NCBI GenBank assembly: GCA_021773235.1
Contig: JAJFKL010000021.1
Span: 132,651 to 196,650 of the forward strand
Direction: 5' to 3'
DNA length: 64,000 bases
DNA from: Gammaproteobacteria bacterium
GTDB taxonomy: Bacteria; Pseudomonadota; Gammaproteobacteria; Eutrophobiales; Eutrophobiaceae
Part shown: positions 31,474 to 41,598 of the stretch, one piece after another
How positions within the stretch are numbered: position 1 is the stretch's first letter
How the letters are laid out: every line of letters starts with the position of its first letter
Translations under genes and position numbers: made by a program
The notes under the pieces: model-generated
What the model was told of the DNA's origin: nothing
Seen by the model: only the letters and a program-made list of their open reading frames with translations
The model's database searches: none

Positions 31474-32454
31474 ATGGCTAAACCTGCAAAGCCTACTACT
31501 AAGATACAAACAAGTTTCAAGATCGGTGCTGTCTCGCGTATTACTAATATACCAATTGATACATTACGCATTTGGGAAAGACGCTATAGCGTTGTTGTAC
31601 CTATCCGTTCAAATAATTCTGATCGGCTCTACCGAAACGATGATATCAATAGACTGACCTTGTTAAAGATGTTGGTCGATAGAGGTCACTCAATTGGGGC
31701 CATAGCCCCGCTGGAAAATAAGAAATTGATCGAACGTTTGGAAATACATGACCAAAATAAAATCCGCATAAAGTCTGATGACACAAAAAAGACTGTTCGT
31801 GTCGTTGTCATTGGGGAGGTTTTATCGTTACAACTTGAACATTTCGATATAGCTGAATCAAATTTTAGTTTTACAGGATTATATCGAAATGAAACTGATT
31901 TCACGGCAAACAACAAAGATGATGCTATAGATATACTGATTTTAGAATGTCCCGCTATTCAAGGAGACCATATTAGACACATTAGTGAGTTATTTAAAAA
32001 CTCAGGTGCAAAACAATTAATGCTGATATATGGATTCACCAATAGTGCCGCGAAGAAAATATTACGAAAAACTGATTTTACATATCTGCAAGCACCAATA
32101 ACCATCGAATACCTCAAAACCGAAGTAACTAATTTAATTTCAGAAAAGATTATCATTGATGACCTTCAGCCTGGTTTTGATTTAGATAGCAAAGCACCTT
32201 TAAGAACATATTCTAATAATGAATTAATTAAACTGTCTTCTGCATCTGCTACGATCAAATGCGAATGCCCTCAACATCTTTCAAGTATGATTTTGAAATT
32301 AATTCAATTTGAAATATACAGTTCTGAATGTGCTAGTAGATTCAAGAAAGATGCTGACTTGCACATTTTACTTGGCAATTTGACAGGCCATGCACGCTCA
32401 ATAATGGAACAAGCCTTAGAAAAAGTGATAGAAGCAGAAAGTGTCAATATATAG
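31474..32454 (+). CDS. MerR-family transcriptional regulator with long C-terminal domain
   Basis: FKIGAVSRITNIPIDTLRIWERRY...RLYRNDDINRLTLLKMLVDRGHSIG is the MerR HTH. About 230 extra residues include CECPQH...SSEC. Confidence 0.8.
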   Translation: MAKPAKPTTKIQTSFKIGAVSRITNIPIDTLRIWERRYSVVVPIRSNNSDRLYRNDDINRLTLLKMLVDRGHSIGAIAPLENKKLIERLEIHDQNKIRIKSDDTKKTVRVVVIGEVLSLQLEHFDIAESNFSFTGLYRNETDFTANNKDDAIDILILECPAIQGDHIRHISELFKNSGAKQLMLIYGFTNSAAKKILRKTDFTYLQAPITIEYLKTEVTNLISEKIIIDDLQPGFDLDSKAPLRTYSNNELIKLSSASATIKCECPQHLSSMILKLIQFEIYSSECASRFKKDADLHILLGNLTGHARSIMEQALEKVIEAESVNI

Positions 32455-32477
32455 TTATAAATTCAGGAAACTATTTT

Positions 32478-33377
32478 ATGCTTCTAAATAAAAATACTAT
32501 TTACTGTTTTTGTTGGTTTATCATGAGCTACGCAAGTATCACGTCAGCTAATGAATACCAACCATTTCACCCCCCAGGAAAATTTATAAATCTTGGCATG
32601 CATGTCATGTATATTGATTGTTATGGCGATAAATCACCAACAGTATTGATTGATGTTGGAATTGCTGATTCATCTGCTAATTGGTACACACTTGCAAAAA
32701 ACCTATCAAAGGATGTCCGTACTTGCATATACGACAGGGCTGGTTATGGCTGGAGTGATCCTGGCCCAGGTAAAAGAACAACGGCACAAATCGTAGATGA
32801 ACTAAACATGTTGCTCGAATTCGCAGAAGTACCTGGACCATATGTATTGGTAGGACATTCTTTCGGAGGGTTCACCGCAAGGTATTTTGCTGCGACTCAC
32901 CCAAATAAAATAGTAGGTGCCGTATTAATTGATTCCTCTCATCCAGATCAAATATATCGACTATCAGAACTCGATAACATTAAAAATAAACCACCTATGA
33001 AAATCACCCGGAGAGAATTGGCTCCCGCTAGTATGACTGAGTTTGAAAAGCGTTGGTTCGTACTAAACTCAAGTAGAAAAGCAGTTTTTGCACAAATGAA
33101 TGAATTAAAATATTTTAAGCAAAGCGCATATGAAGTAAAACACTCTGGTCCAATCTCTGATATCCCTTTGGCAGTACTCACCAGAGGCAAGAGTCTGTTA
33201 CCTGAAATTAATGGTGTTTCACTTGAATTTGCATGGCGTGACATGCAAAAAGATTTACTTAAACTCAGTAAAAATAGCTGGCAAGCTGTAATTAAAGATA
33301 GCAGTCACAACATCTATAAAGATGCACCTGAAGAAGTAATCAGTAATATATTAAAAGTGGTTAATCTATCGCGATAA
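32478..33377 (+). CDS. alpha/beta hydrolase
   Basis: GHSFGG nucleophile elbow, YDRAGYGWSD, and C-terminal SSHNI histidine region. Confidence 0.8.
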   Translation: MLLNKNTIYCFCWFIMSYASITSANEYQPFHPPGKFINLGMHVMYIDCYGDKSPTVLIDVGIADSSANWYTLAKNLSKDVRTCIYDRAGYGWSDPGPGKRTTAQIVDELNMLLEFAEVPGPYVLVGHSFGGFTARYFAATHPNKIVGAVLIDSSHPDQIYRLSELDNIKNKPPMKITRRELAPASMTEFEKRWFVLNSSRKAVFAQMNELKYFKQSAYEVKHSGPISDIPLAVLTRGKSLLPEINGVSLEFAWRDMQKDLLKLSKNSWQAVIKDSSHNIYKDAPEEVISNILKVVNLSR

Positions 33378-33396
33378 AACAATAATCTAAATCAAT

Positions 33397-33900
33397 TTAG
33401 ATTTCTCGTGAATCGTATGCCCAATGTAACAATGCCTGTCTTTGTTTTCGTCGGCATTGTAAATCATACTTTTCGCAGTTTTTTCTGATAGCGCCTCTAT
33501 GCCTGACGATCGCTTTCCAACGCTTAATCTGTCGAAAATCTTCTTCTGGAATGCGGCGCCCCATATAATATCGACAATACCACTGAAACCAGCCACGCGG
33601 ATCTTCCTCAAATATCCAACCTTTCTTTTGCCACTCTGTTAAAGGTAATGAGGCATCAACACCGTAATAATTAAGCTCAGGATTTTTTTTGTGCGGAGAA
33701 AACTTTGCTTTTTTGAACCAGCTCTCAGGGAACTCAGCTTGGCAATCCGTCATATATTTTCCGCCAAATATACCAAGCGCTAACATTTCTTTAGGTTTAA
33801 GTTCAGGTTTAAAATCATGATCAAAATTTCTACCCATAGGCTCTATAAGATCATAGACATAATTCGCCTGCATATTATCGTGGACGATAACCTTTTCCAT
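33397..33900 (-). CDS. conserved hypothetical protein (167 aa)
   Basis: Trp-rich conserved-looking segment GWFQWYCRYYMGRR...QIKRW; family not recognised. Confidence 0.5.
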   Translation of the reverse strand: MEKVIVHDNMQANYVYDLIEPMGRNFDHDFKPELKPKEMLALGIFGGKYMTDCQAEFPESWFKKAKFSPHKKNPELNYYGVDASLPLTEWQKKGWIFEEDPRGWFQWYCRYYMGRRIPEEDFRQIKRWKAIVRHRGAIRKNCEKYDLQCRRKQRQALLHWAYDSREI

Positions 33901-33910
33901 TAGTAATTAT

Positions 33911-34429
33911 CTATCTGGATTGATCAACATAGATCAAATTATCTGTTTCAAAACCCAACTCTTTTGATCTAGTAACAAACTTATTAATTATGTCCTGACT
34001 AACCGTTGGTGTTCTTGCCAATAACCATAGATAAGATCTATTGTTGCCGGAGACAAATGAATATTGATAATTATCTTTGTCGAGTTCAAAGATAATATAA
34101 GAACCATAAAATGGACCGAAGAAAGACACCTTTAAATGAGCTTCATCTTTAGAACTGACAAAGTAGGCTTTACCCTCCGCCTCATTCCATTCTTTATCCT
34201 CATTAGAATACCCTCTGTTTATTACTTTGACACCACCATCGTCACGCAGCGAATATTCAGCATTAACTTTATCCATCCCTCGTTCAAAAGAATGATCGAG
34301 ACGTGCGATTTCATACCATTTACCAAGGTACTTATTAATTTCAAAATCAGATACAGGATTAATACCTTTAGGTAAACCGGTACACCCACTTAAAAATAAA
34401 GAAAGGAAAATAACTAATATTAATCGCAT
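33911..34429 (-). CDS. blc: outer-membrane lipocalin lipoprotein Blc
   Basis: Lipobox LSGC and YLGKWYEIARLDHSFERG, the bacterial lipocalin signature. Confidence 0.85.
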   Translation of the reverse strand: MRLILVIFLSLFLSGCTGLPKGINPVSDFEINKYLGKWYEIARLDHSFERGMDKVNAEYSLRDDGGVKVINRGYSNEDKEWNEAEGKAYFVSSKDEAHLKVSFFGPFYGSYIIFELDKDNYQYSFVSGNNRSYLWLLARTPTVSQDIINKFVTRSKELGFETDNLIYVDQSR

Positions 34430-34450
34430 ATATTGATTACAAAATGTATT

Positions 34451-34804
34451 TTATTTGTCAGACCAAACAGCATATTCATTCCCATTTGGATCACCAAAGT
34501 GAAATCGACGACCGCCCGGAAAAGAGAATATGGGTTTAATTATCGAACCACCAGCGTTCTCTATTTTTGAGTTTGTCTTGTCTAGGTCATTACTGTAGAA
34601 AACAATCAAAGCAGCACCATTCTCAGTTGATGAACATAAATCTGATTTAAAGAATCCCCCATCAATTCCCTCATTTGAGAATGCAGAATAATCAGGACCA
34701 TAATCGACGAATGACCAATTAAATGCTGCAGTAAAAAAACGCTTTGCTGCTTCGATATCCTTGGCAGGAAACTCAACATAATTTATTTTTTCATGGTCGT
34801 TCAT
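34451..34804 (-). CDS. VOC (glyoxalase/bleomycin-resistance) family protein
   Basis: 117 aa. INYVEFPAKDIEAAKRFF...GGRRFHFGDPNGNEYAVW pattern. Confidence 0.7.
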   Translation of the reverse strand: MNDHEKINYVEFPAKDIEAAKRFFTAAFNWSFVDYGPDYSAFSNEGIDGGFFKSDLCSSTENGAALIVFYSNDLDKTNSKIENAGGSIIKPIFSFPGGRRFHFGDPNGNEYAVWSDK

Positions 34805-34893
34805 AGCTTATTTCCTGTTTAATTTATTGAATTATTAATTAGAGTAGATGATTATACTCATACTTAAAAACCATCAAAAGAGAGAAAACAATT

Positions 34894-35220
34894 ATGTCTA
34901 AAATGCAATGGGCAGAACTAAAAGATGCACCTGTAAATGAATTGTTTGACGGTATCCGTGTTCGGCCGCTGATGGAAGATGAATCGGGGATTAAAGCAAT
35001 GGTCGTAGAATTTGATCCGGGCTCTTGTTGGGAAGGTGGAGATGATGTTCACGAATCAAGTTCAGAAGAGGTTTATATTGCTTCCGGTGTCTTTAGCGAT
35101 GGAGAACGTGATTATCCTGCTGGGACCTATATTCATATGCCTAAAGGTTCAGCGCATGTCCCCCAATCTAAAACCGGGTGCACTGTCTTTGTCTTCTACC
35201 CTGAAGGTAGACCTCTGTAA
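34894..35220 (+). CDS. cupin-domain protein
   Basis: 108 aa with HESSSEEVYIASG...G.YIHMPKGSAH cupin motifs. Confidence 0.6.
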   Translation: MSKMQWAELKDAPVNELFDGIRVRPLMEDESGIKAMVVEFDPGSCWEGGDDVHESSSEEVYIASGVFSDGERDYPAGTYIHMPKGSAHVPQSKTGCTVFVFYPEGRPL

Positions 35221-35229
35221 TAGGTAGTC

Positions 35230-35523
35230 TTACTTTTTAAGCTTGTGTGGATTTCTATTTGGACAAGTCTTGTCGCTACAACGATCAGGAATAGTTTTGG
35301 TGCCTTCAACGATTAAAGCACCGCATTTCTTATCGTCGCGAAGATGCTTGCATTTCTTTCCTGTTGGTCGTGTCTCAACATAAAATCTGCAGCCTTTAGC
35401 CGAGCATCTATAGACAGGTCCAAATCGGCCACTAGCTGGTTCAAGAGTACCTTTGCGACACTGTGTGCAACTAACACCGGTTGGTTTTAAGTCATCAAAC
35501 TTAGTGTCTATTGTCAGTATCAT
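35230..35523 (-). CDS. Cys-rich zinc-ribbon protein (topoisomerase-type C4 finger-like)
   Basis: CTQCRKG...YRCSAKGCRFY...KCKHL...KCG...CSDKTCPN arrangement of paired Cys. Confidence 0.4.
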   Translation of the reverse strand: MILTIDTKFDDLKPTGVSCTQCRKGTLEPASGRFGPVYRCSAKGCRFYVETRPTGKKCKHLRDDKKCGALIVEGTKTIPDRCSDKTCPNRNPHKLKK

Positions 35524-35548
35524 TATTTCTTTCCGTATTTATAGTCAT

Positions 35549-36166
35549 TTATTCTTGGTTTGCATGCCATGTTCCTTCCACTAACAGTTTCTCTTTATCG
35601 AATATCTTGCCAGTAAATTTATCACCAGGATTAATAGGACCACTGCCTTTTGGCGTACCACACATCAATAAATCACCGTCTTCAAATGAAAGAAAGGTTT
35701 TAGCCTCGTTCAATATTTTCTGTGGTTGATTCAACATCAAGTCACAGCCGCCACTCTGAACCAAACGATCATTTATAAACAATTCCATTCTCATTTCACT
35801 GATATCGCAATTGAAAGGAATAAATTCACTAAAGACAGCAGAATTATCAAAAGACTTTGCCCGTTCCCATGGTAGACCATTTGACTTCAATTTAGCCTGG
35901 AGTTCTCTCTTTGTTATATCAATACCAAAGCCTACACCCCGTAGTTCATCCTCAATAATCAGGAAAGTGATTTCTCCTTCATAATGCAGAACATCTGAAT
36001 TACAGAAAGGTATCTCGTTAGAAATCGCTGAATTTGGTTTTAAGAATATAATTGGCACTTCTGGAACTTCATTATTCAGTTCCTGGATATGTTCTACATA
36101 GTTACGACCAATACAAATAACTTTCGATGAAAAAAGCGCTTTGCCATTCCATTTTATGGATTTCAT
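35549..36166 (-). CDS. fumarylacetoacetate hydrolase (FAH) family protein
   Basis: KVICIGRNYVEHIQELN...PIIFLKPNSAI...EGEITFLI...GTPKGSGPINPGD pattern. Confidence 0.8.
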   Translation of the reverse strand: MKSIKWNGKALFSSKVICIGRNYVEHIQELNNEVPEVPIIFLKPNSAISNEIPFCNSDVLHYEGEITFLIIEDELRGVGFGIDITKRELQAKLKSNGLPWERAKSFDNSAVFSEFIPFNCDISEMRMELFINDRLVQSGGCDLMLNQPQKILNEAKTFLSFEDGDLLMCGTPKGSGPINPGDKFTGKIFDKEKLLVEGTWHANQE

Positions 36167-36336
36167 TTTTACTCACTTACCGGGGTGACTTGTTACAACG
36201 GATTATTGTTACGATAGATTCTAATTTTTATTGAATAAAATTATCAATATCATCACTTTACCTTATCTACGAAGTTAATAAAGTTTATTGATATTCTGCC
36301 GATAAAGTCATAAGCCATAAATCCGGAATCAAAAAA

Positions 36337-36690
36337 TTGAGTGCACAATTACAAGCCCAGGAAAAACGCAGATTAAAACGTTTTTCTGTTCGCCTAAAAG
36401 TCTACTCACAACAAACTGATGAGCTACTAGGTTATGCTGAAAATCTACACATAGCCGGAATGATGATCGTCAGTAAAAAACCGATCCCGGAAAATCAGGA
36501 AATTCAGCTTTGGTTCGGCGCAGCTAAAGAAGAAAAAAGATTAAATCGAATATTTCTATCTGCCTATAAAGTCTGGAACAGCTTTAATGATTCTGAAGAA
36601 CGGCTTTATTATTCCGGCCTTCATTTCGTAAGCCCATCAGAAGAAATCCTTGATAAAATACAATTACTAATAGATGAACAGGGTACCTAA
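36337..36690 (+). CDS. PilZ-like domain protein
   Basis: TTG start. KRRLKRFSV resembles the RxxxR half-site; the second motif is degenerate (NLHIAGMMI). Confidence 0.45.
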   Translation: MSAQLQAQEKRRLKRFSVRLKVYSQQTDELLGYAENLHIAGMMIVSKKPIPENQEIQLWFGAAKEEKRLNRIFLSAYKVWNSFNDSEERLYYSGLHFVSPSEEILDKIQLLIDEQGT

Positions 36691-36700
36691 CACCCAAATT

Positions 36701-39031
36701 TTATTGAATAACCTTATCTTTCGTATTCAATTCCAGTATTTTTGACGCATCGACTTCGGCAAGATAATACCAACCAATTGAATTAAGCCCGTAATAAGCA
36801 AGTAGTTTTTCTTTGCCTTCCTCTTTATAACTAATGTACCCAGATTTACCCTGTCGGATATTATTTACCACACCCTTATGTGGGTAGGTTTCCAGATTAT
36901 CTATTGAATTAATTAGCGTACCACGTTCATAGGTACCCGATGTCTCTGCGGAATTGACAACAATCTCCGCGCGATCATTGAGTAGATAGGTGTTTTCTAT
37001 TCCGCGAATGTCCGAGAGTGACATCAATTCATGACGAATAAAATCAAGTGTCATTTCAACTGCAGCAACGCCCAAAAACTTTCCAGTTTTATCATATAAC
37101 TTACTGGTGCACGGTAGTAAGACTCCTCGCCCACCAACGTCGATATAGGGCGGCATCCAGCAGGCACCTTCATTCTTCAAGGTACTGACATACCAGGGTC
37201 GTTTTCTCGGATCAAAATCAGGTGGATAACCCGTTTTTCCTGGATATTCAGCAAAGATACCTTCCTCAAGACCAACGTAAGTCCACACCAAGGGCAACCC
37301 TTCATCTTTAATAATTCTCATAGCTGTCTTGTGATCATCAGCGGCAATTACTGTGTGGTGACTCTTTAATAACATTTGTTTAAAGGTATGTCGTAGCGGA
37401 TTAATGATACGTACCAGATCCTCTACTTGTGCATACTCAACACCGGGCGCAAGTTTATAGGCATGCCAATCGACACTGATAGGAAACCCATAGACTGGCG
37501 AATCAGCCAAATCCGGTGGCGCAAGTTTTGGATCGGCAAAATCCTTATAGTCATAAAAACGTTCTGGATCCGGTTGTCCGCGTTCCAGTAATGTGACTGC
37601 TGAGGCAGCCACACCCTGAATAATGCCTTCATATTTTAAAAACTGGGTGTCGATGATTTGTGCCTGCTTTGATACGGCAGAAATAAAGTGATTCATCTTC
37701 TGCCCTTGCAATTGCGCTTCTAGTCTCGCTTGCTGCTGTTGATAAAAACTCCAACTCACAACAACTAAGGATAATATAACCGTATAAACGACGATATTAA
37801 GAACGGCGAGTCGATGGCGATTCATCCAACGCGTGAGTTTTTGTACCAAGGTATCGCGTCTTGCCTTAATCGCTGCACCACGCATATAACGACGAATATC
37901 ATCGGCTAATGCATCTACTGTGGCATAACGATCATCTGGATCAAGTTGGGTTGCTTTTTTAATAATCGCAATAAGTTGTTTGGGAATACTTGGCTGTCTT
38001 GGATAACGTACTGGTTCATTAAGTTTGGCAAGTTCTGCCTTTTTTAAAACAGTAAATTTATCATCAGCAATATAGGCACGTTGCAGCGTTACCAACTCAA
38101 ATAAGATCAGACCCAGAGAAAACAAATCACTACGATGGTCAATAATGTCATTTTGTCCATTGGCTTGTTCCGGAGACATGTAGGCCGGCGTACCAAGTAA
38201 CTGTCCTACTTGTGTTTCACCCGTATCATTACCCCCTGTTGAATCCACCTTCTCGGTAAGGTCATCAAAGACCTCATCATTAACCGAGATAATCTTGGCA
38301 ATACCCCAATCCATCACATAGACCTCATTAAACGGTCCCACCATGACGTTCAAGGGCTTCAAGTCTCTATGAATCACACCTTTACGATGTGCGTAATGCA
38401 TCGCATCACAAACCTTTAAAAAATGTTCTAAGCGGGTCGATAAATGGTGTCGCTTACCAAGCTTGCCACGCTTGTCTAATTGTTTTTTTGTTTCATTAAT
38501 AAGATCGGCGAATGTCTTACCTTGAATTAACTTCATGGCATAACCGGCATTATTGCCATCGACCTTCATCTGATAGACGGGGACAATATTAGGGTGCTGT
38601 AATTGTGCAGTAACCTGAGCTTCTACAAAAAATCGACCAAGATAACTGGGGACTTTAGCCACATGCTCATGGATCTTTTTAAAGGCGACCGTTCGTCCGA
38701 GTTCATTATCCTTGGCAATCAGGATCTCACCCATGCCACCCTCGTCGATAGATTCCAACATGGTAAAGTCAGTGTGTGCTTGCCCATCCTCACCACTGGT
38801 AGAACCTGTAATATTAACATTGCTAAAATCAGCAACGGCAGTGAGTTCAATTTTTTTGAGGAACTGAAAACTTTTCAGTTCTTCTGTATTGATGCGATCA
38901 TTATTATAGAGTTCGGAAACAAACTCGTCGTCTTTACCTGTTCCACTCTTTTCACAGAATTTCAGATATAAACCTTCAAGCTCTGGTTCATCAATAGAGG
39001 TGATACTGCGGATAAGCTCTTCGGGTAACAT
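36701..39031 (-). CDS. Ser/Thr protein kinase with TM helix and extracellular Cache-like sensor domain
   Basis: Kinase motifs GGMGEI..VAFKKI, HRDLKPLNVMV, DWGIAK, GTPAYMSPEQ. One TM (LAVLNIVVYTVILSLVVVSW). The C-terminal ~330 aa have Cache-like features. Confidence 0.85.
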   Translation of the reverse strand: MLPEELIRSITSIDEPELEGLYLKFCEKSGTGKDDEFVSELYNNDRINTEELKSFQFLKKIELTAVADFSNVNITGSTSGEDGQAHTDFTMLESIDEGGMGEILIAKDNELGRTVAFKKIHEHVAKVPSYLGRFFVEAQVTAQLQHPNIVPVYQMKVDGNNAGYAMKLIQGKTFADLINETKKQLDKRGKLGKRHHLSTRLEHFLKVCDAMHYAHRKGVIHRDLKPLNVMVGPFNEVYVMDWGIAKIISVNDEVFDDLTEKVDSTGGNDTGETQVGQLLGTPAYMSPEQANGQNDIIDHRSDLFSLGLILFELVTLQRAYIADDKFTVLKKAELAKLNEPVRYPRQPSIPKQLIAIIKKATQLDPDDRYATVDALADDIRRYMRGAAIKARRDTLVQKLTRWMNRHRLAVLNIVVYTVILSLVVVSWSFYQQQQARLEAQLQGQKMNHFISAVSKQAQIIDTQFLKYEGIIQGVAASAVTLLERGQPDPERFYDYKDFADPKLAPPDLADSPVYGFPISVDWHAYKLAPGVEYAQVEDLVRIINPLRHTFKQMLLKSHHTVIAADDHKTAMRIIKDEGLPLVWTYVGLEEGIFAEYPGKTGYPPDFDPRKRPWYVSTLKNEGACWMPPYIDVGGRGVLLPCTSKLYDKTGKFLGVAAVEMTLDFIRHELMSLSDIRGIENTYLLNDRAEIVVNSAETSGTYERGTLINSIDNLETYPHKGVVNNIRQGKSGYISYKEEGKEKLLAYYGLNSIGWYYLAEVDASKILELNTKDKVIQ

Positions 39032-39098
39032 AGTTTTAGTATAGTTTGATAAAAATCACTTAGGGTATAGTTTCAATAACTATTTGATATGATCTTAA

Positions 39099-39536
39099 TC
39101 AAGAGATAGAACGATTATCTTCCTCTGTCTTGGTGTCTTTTTTATAGTTGGTGTCTTGTCGCTTTAGGTTAACGGCGTGTTTCTGTTTATATATATCGAA
39201 TACTTTGTCAGCATCAAGCCCCGCACACATCATCGCCGATACCAGGAAATGCAAGATATCGATTAATTCAACACGAATATTCTGCATATCAATCTCATCC
39301 TTACTCCACCATTTCCATAATAATTCTTCATCCAGTTCAGTTAATTCTTCTTTCATGGCCTTTGCATAATTTATCAACCATTCATTGGGCAATTCATTAA
39401 CATTCAACTTATTTTCAGCGACAGCAGCGATGATCGACTGCATATTCAGATCCTGTCCCGACTTATCTTTGAGTTTATTTTTACTAAAGACATAATCATT
39501 AAGTTCTGTCTGCATATCGAAAATCTTGTCTAACAT
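39099..39536 (-). CDS. dimeric dUTPase-like / all-alpha NTP pyrophosphohydrolase family protein
   Basis: AMKEELTELDEELLWKWW...ELIDILHFLVS pattern. Confidence 0.6.
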   Translation of the reverse strand: MLDKIFDMQTELNDYVFSKNKLKDKSGQDLNMQSIIAAVAENKLNVNELPNEWLINYAKAMKEELTELDEELLWKWWSKDEIDMQNIRVELIDILHFLVSAMMCAGLDADKVFDIYKQKHAVNLKRQDTNYKKDTKTEEDNRSIS

Positions 39537-39684
39537 GGTGCTACTCCGTTCAGGGTTGTGAAAAGGCAGCTAAATCTGCCACTAATTAATTTTTGTTAAC
39601 TTACCACGATTAGACTCCCTGACAAATCCTGCCCTGATTCGATGAATACTATATAATCGCGTTTTTTTAACACCCCGGTAAGCA

Positions 39685-41595
39685 ATGGCTTTAATCACAT
39701 TTGGTGAGGTTTCCCTCGAATTCGGCGATCAACTGATACTCAATAACGTCAGTATGGCAGTGGAATCGGGCGAGCGTGTCTGTCTGATAGGCCGCAATGG
39801 CGCCGGGAAATCGACCTTGATCAATATTATTGCCGAAAAGATTGAAGCCGATAGCGGTGAAATCGTTAAACAATCTCACCTCAGGGTAAGCCAATTAGAG
39901 CAATCACTGCCACAGACACGAGATATTACGGTCCGAGACTATGTGGCTGAGGGGCTCAAGCATTTACAACTATTACTTAAAGAGTACGAAGAGCGCTCAC
40001 ATCAATTCGATGAGTCAAATCCAGCCAACTTGCGGGAATTGGAAGACTTACAACATCAGATCGAGGCAGAGGGTGGCTGGAATATAGATCAACGTGTCGA
40101 AACCGTTATATCCGATCTAAATTTACCGGCTGAGTTAAAGCTCACTGAGTTATCAGGTGGTTGGCGACGTCGAGTCGCGCTCGGTAAAGCTCTTGTGAGC
40201 AATCCGCAATTATTATTGCTCGATGAGCCGACCAACCATCTTGATCTAAGTACGATCCAATGGTTGGAGAATCGTGTGCTGAATTTTAATGGTGCCGTCA
40301 TCTTTATTACACATGATCGCGCCTTCCTGCAAAAACTGGCAACACGTATCATTGAACTGGATCGCGGTAACCTTTCCAGTTGGCCGGGCACCTATCAAGA
40401 CTATCTGATGAATAAGGAAAAAGCGCTGGAAGAAGAAGCGAAAGCAAACGCCTTGTTCGACAAAAAAGTAGGCGAAGAAGAGGTTTGGATTAGACAAGGC
40501 ATCAAGGCACGACGAACACGTAATGAAGGTCGGGTGCGTTCTTTAATCAGCATGCGGTCAGAAGTTGCAAAACGCTTAAAACCACAAAATAAAGCGCGTA
40601 TTACGATTGAAGAAGCGGAACAATCCGGACGCAAGGTAATTGAAGCACACAAAATTTGTCATAGCTATGGTGAACAACCATTAATAGACAAACTTTCCTT
40701 GAAGGTTATGCGTGGCGATCGTATCGGTCTGGTGGGTAACAACGGCGTAGGAAAAAGTACCCTGCTAAAGATCATGTTAGGTGAACTTAAACCTAATTCC
40801 GGCACGGTTAAGATTGGTACTAACCTGGAGATCGCCTATTTTGATCAATTACGTCGTAATCTTGATCCAGAAAAAACAATTGCACAGATTGTTGGCGAAG
40901 GTGGCGACTATATAAAACTGAATGGTAAAGAACGTCATGTCATTGGTTATCTTCGTGGCTTCCTATTTTCTGCAAAACGTGCCATGACAAAAATAAAAGT
41001 GTTATCTGGCGGAGAAAAAAATCGCGTCATCCTAGCAAAGTTATTAACGCGTCCCAGTAACTTATTAGTATTAGATGAACCCACGAACGACCTCGATGTA
41101 GAAACACTGGAAGTTCTGGAAGATAGACTCATGGAATACAAGGGCACATTAATCATCGTGACGCACGACCGAGAATTTCTTGATAATGTCGTCAGCAGTA
41201 TTCTGGTATTTGAAGACTCCGGCACGATTCAAAACTATGCGGGTGGTTTTAGTGATTGGCATAGACATGGCAAACACCTCGCTGAAATGGATAACCCGAC
41301 AACAGAAAAAAATAAAAAGAACAAATTGGATGACGCCAGTAACAATAAAAAAAGCAATAAAAAACTGAGTTATAAGTTTAAACAAGAGCTAGAGGCATTA
41401 CCTGCAAACATAGCGGCACTAGAAAAGTCGATTTCTGAACTAGAAGAACAAACCACCGCTGATGACTTTTATGCCAAGCCATATGAAGAACAACAACCGA
41501 TACTTGATGAATTAAATATTAAACATAAAGAATTAGACACCGCTATCCGTCGTTGGGATGAACTTGAAACAATGGAAAAATATTTACAAAAATAA
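39685..41595 (+). CDS. uup: ABC-F family ATPase Uup
   Basis: Two ABC cassettes (GRNGAGKST / LSGGWRRR...LLLLDEPTNHLD; GNNGVGKST / LSGGEKNR...LLVLDEPTNDLD) and a C-terminal coiled coil. Confidence 0.9.
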   Translation: MALITFGEVSLEFGDQLILNNVSMAVESGERVCLIGRNGAGKSTLINIIAEKIEADSGEIVKQSHLRVSQLEQSLPQTRDITVRDYVAEGLKHLQLLLKEYEERSHQFDESNPANLRELEDLQHQIEAEGGWNIDQRVETVISDLNLPAELKLTELSGGWRRRVALGKALVSNPQLLLLDEPTNHLDLSTIQWLENRVLNFNGAVIFITHDRAFLQKLATRIIELDRGNLSSWPGTYQDYLMNKEKALEEEAKANALFDKKVGEEEVWIRQGIKARRTRNEGRVRSLISMRSEVAKRLKPQNKARITIEEAEQSGRKVIEAHKICHSYGEQPLIDKLSLKVMRGDRIGLVGNNGVGKSTLLKIMLGELKPNSGTVKIGTNLEIAYFDQLRRNLDPEKTIAQIVGEGGDYIKLNGKERHVIGYLRGFLFSAKRAMTKIKVLSGGEKNRVILAKLLTRPSNLLVLDEPTNDLDVETLEVLEDRLMEYKGTLIIVTHDREFLDNVVSSILVFEDSGTIQNYAGGFSDWHRHGKHLAEMDNPTTEKNKKNKLDDASNNKKSNKKLSYKFKQELEALPANIAALEKSISELEEQTTADDFYAKPYEEQQPILDELNIKHKELDTAIRRWDELETMEKYLQK

Positions 41596-41598
41596 TAT

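Noticed and set aside
31433-31657. 74-aa ORF overlapping the start of the MerR gene in another frame
   Set aside because: It overlaps the conserved MerR HTH coding region and has no recognisable features.
39691-41385. Multiple 62-100-aa ORFs antisense to or out of frame within uup
   Set aside because: These are shadow ORFs inside a highly conserved ABC-F gene.
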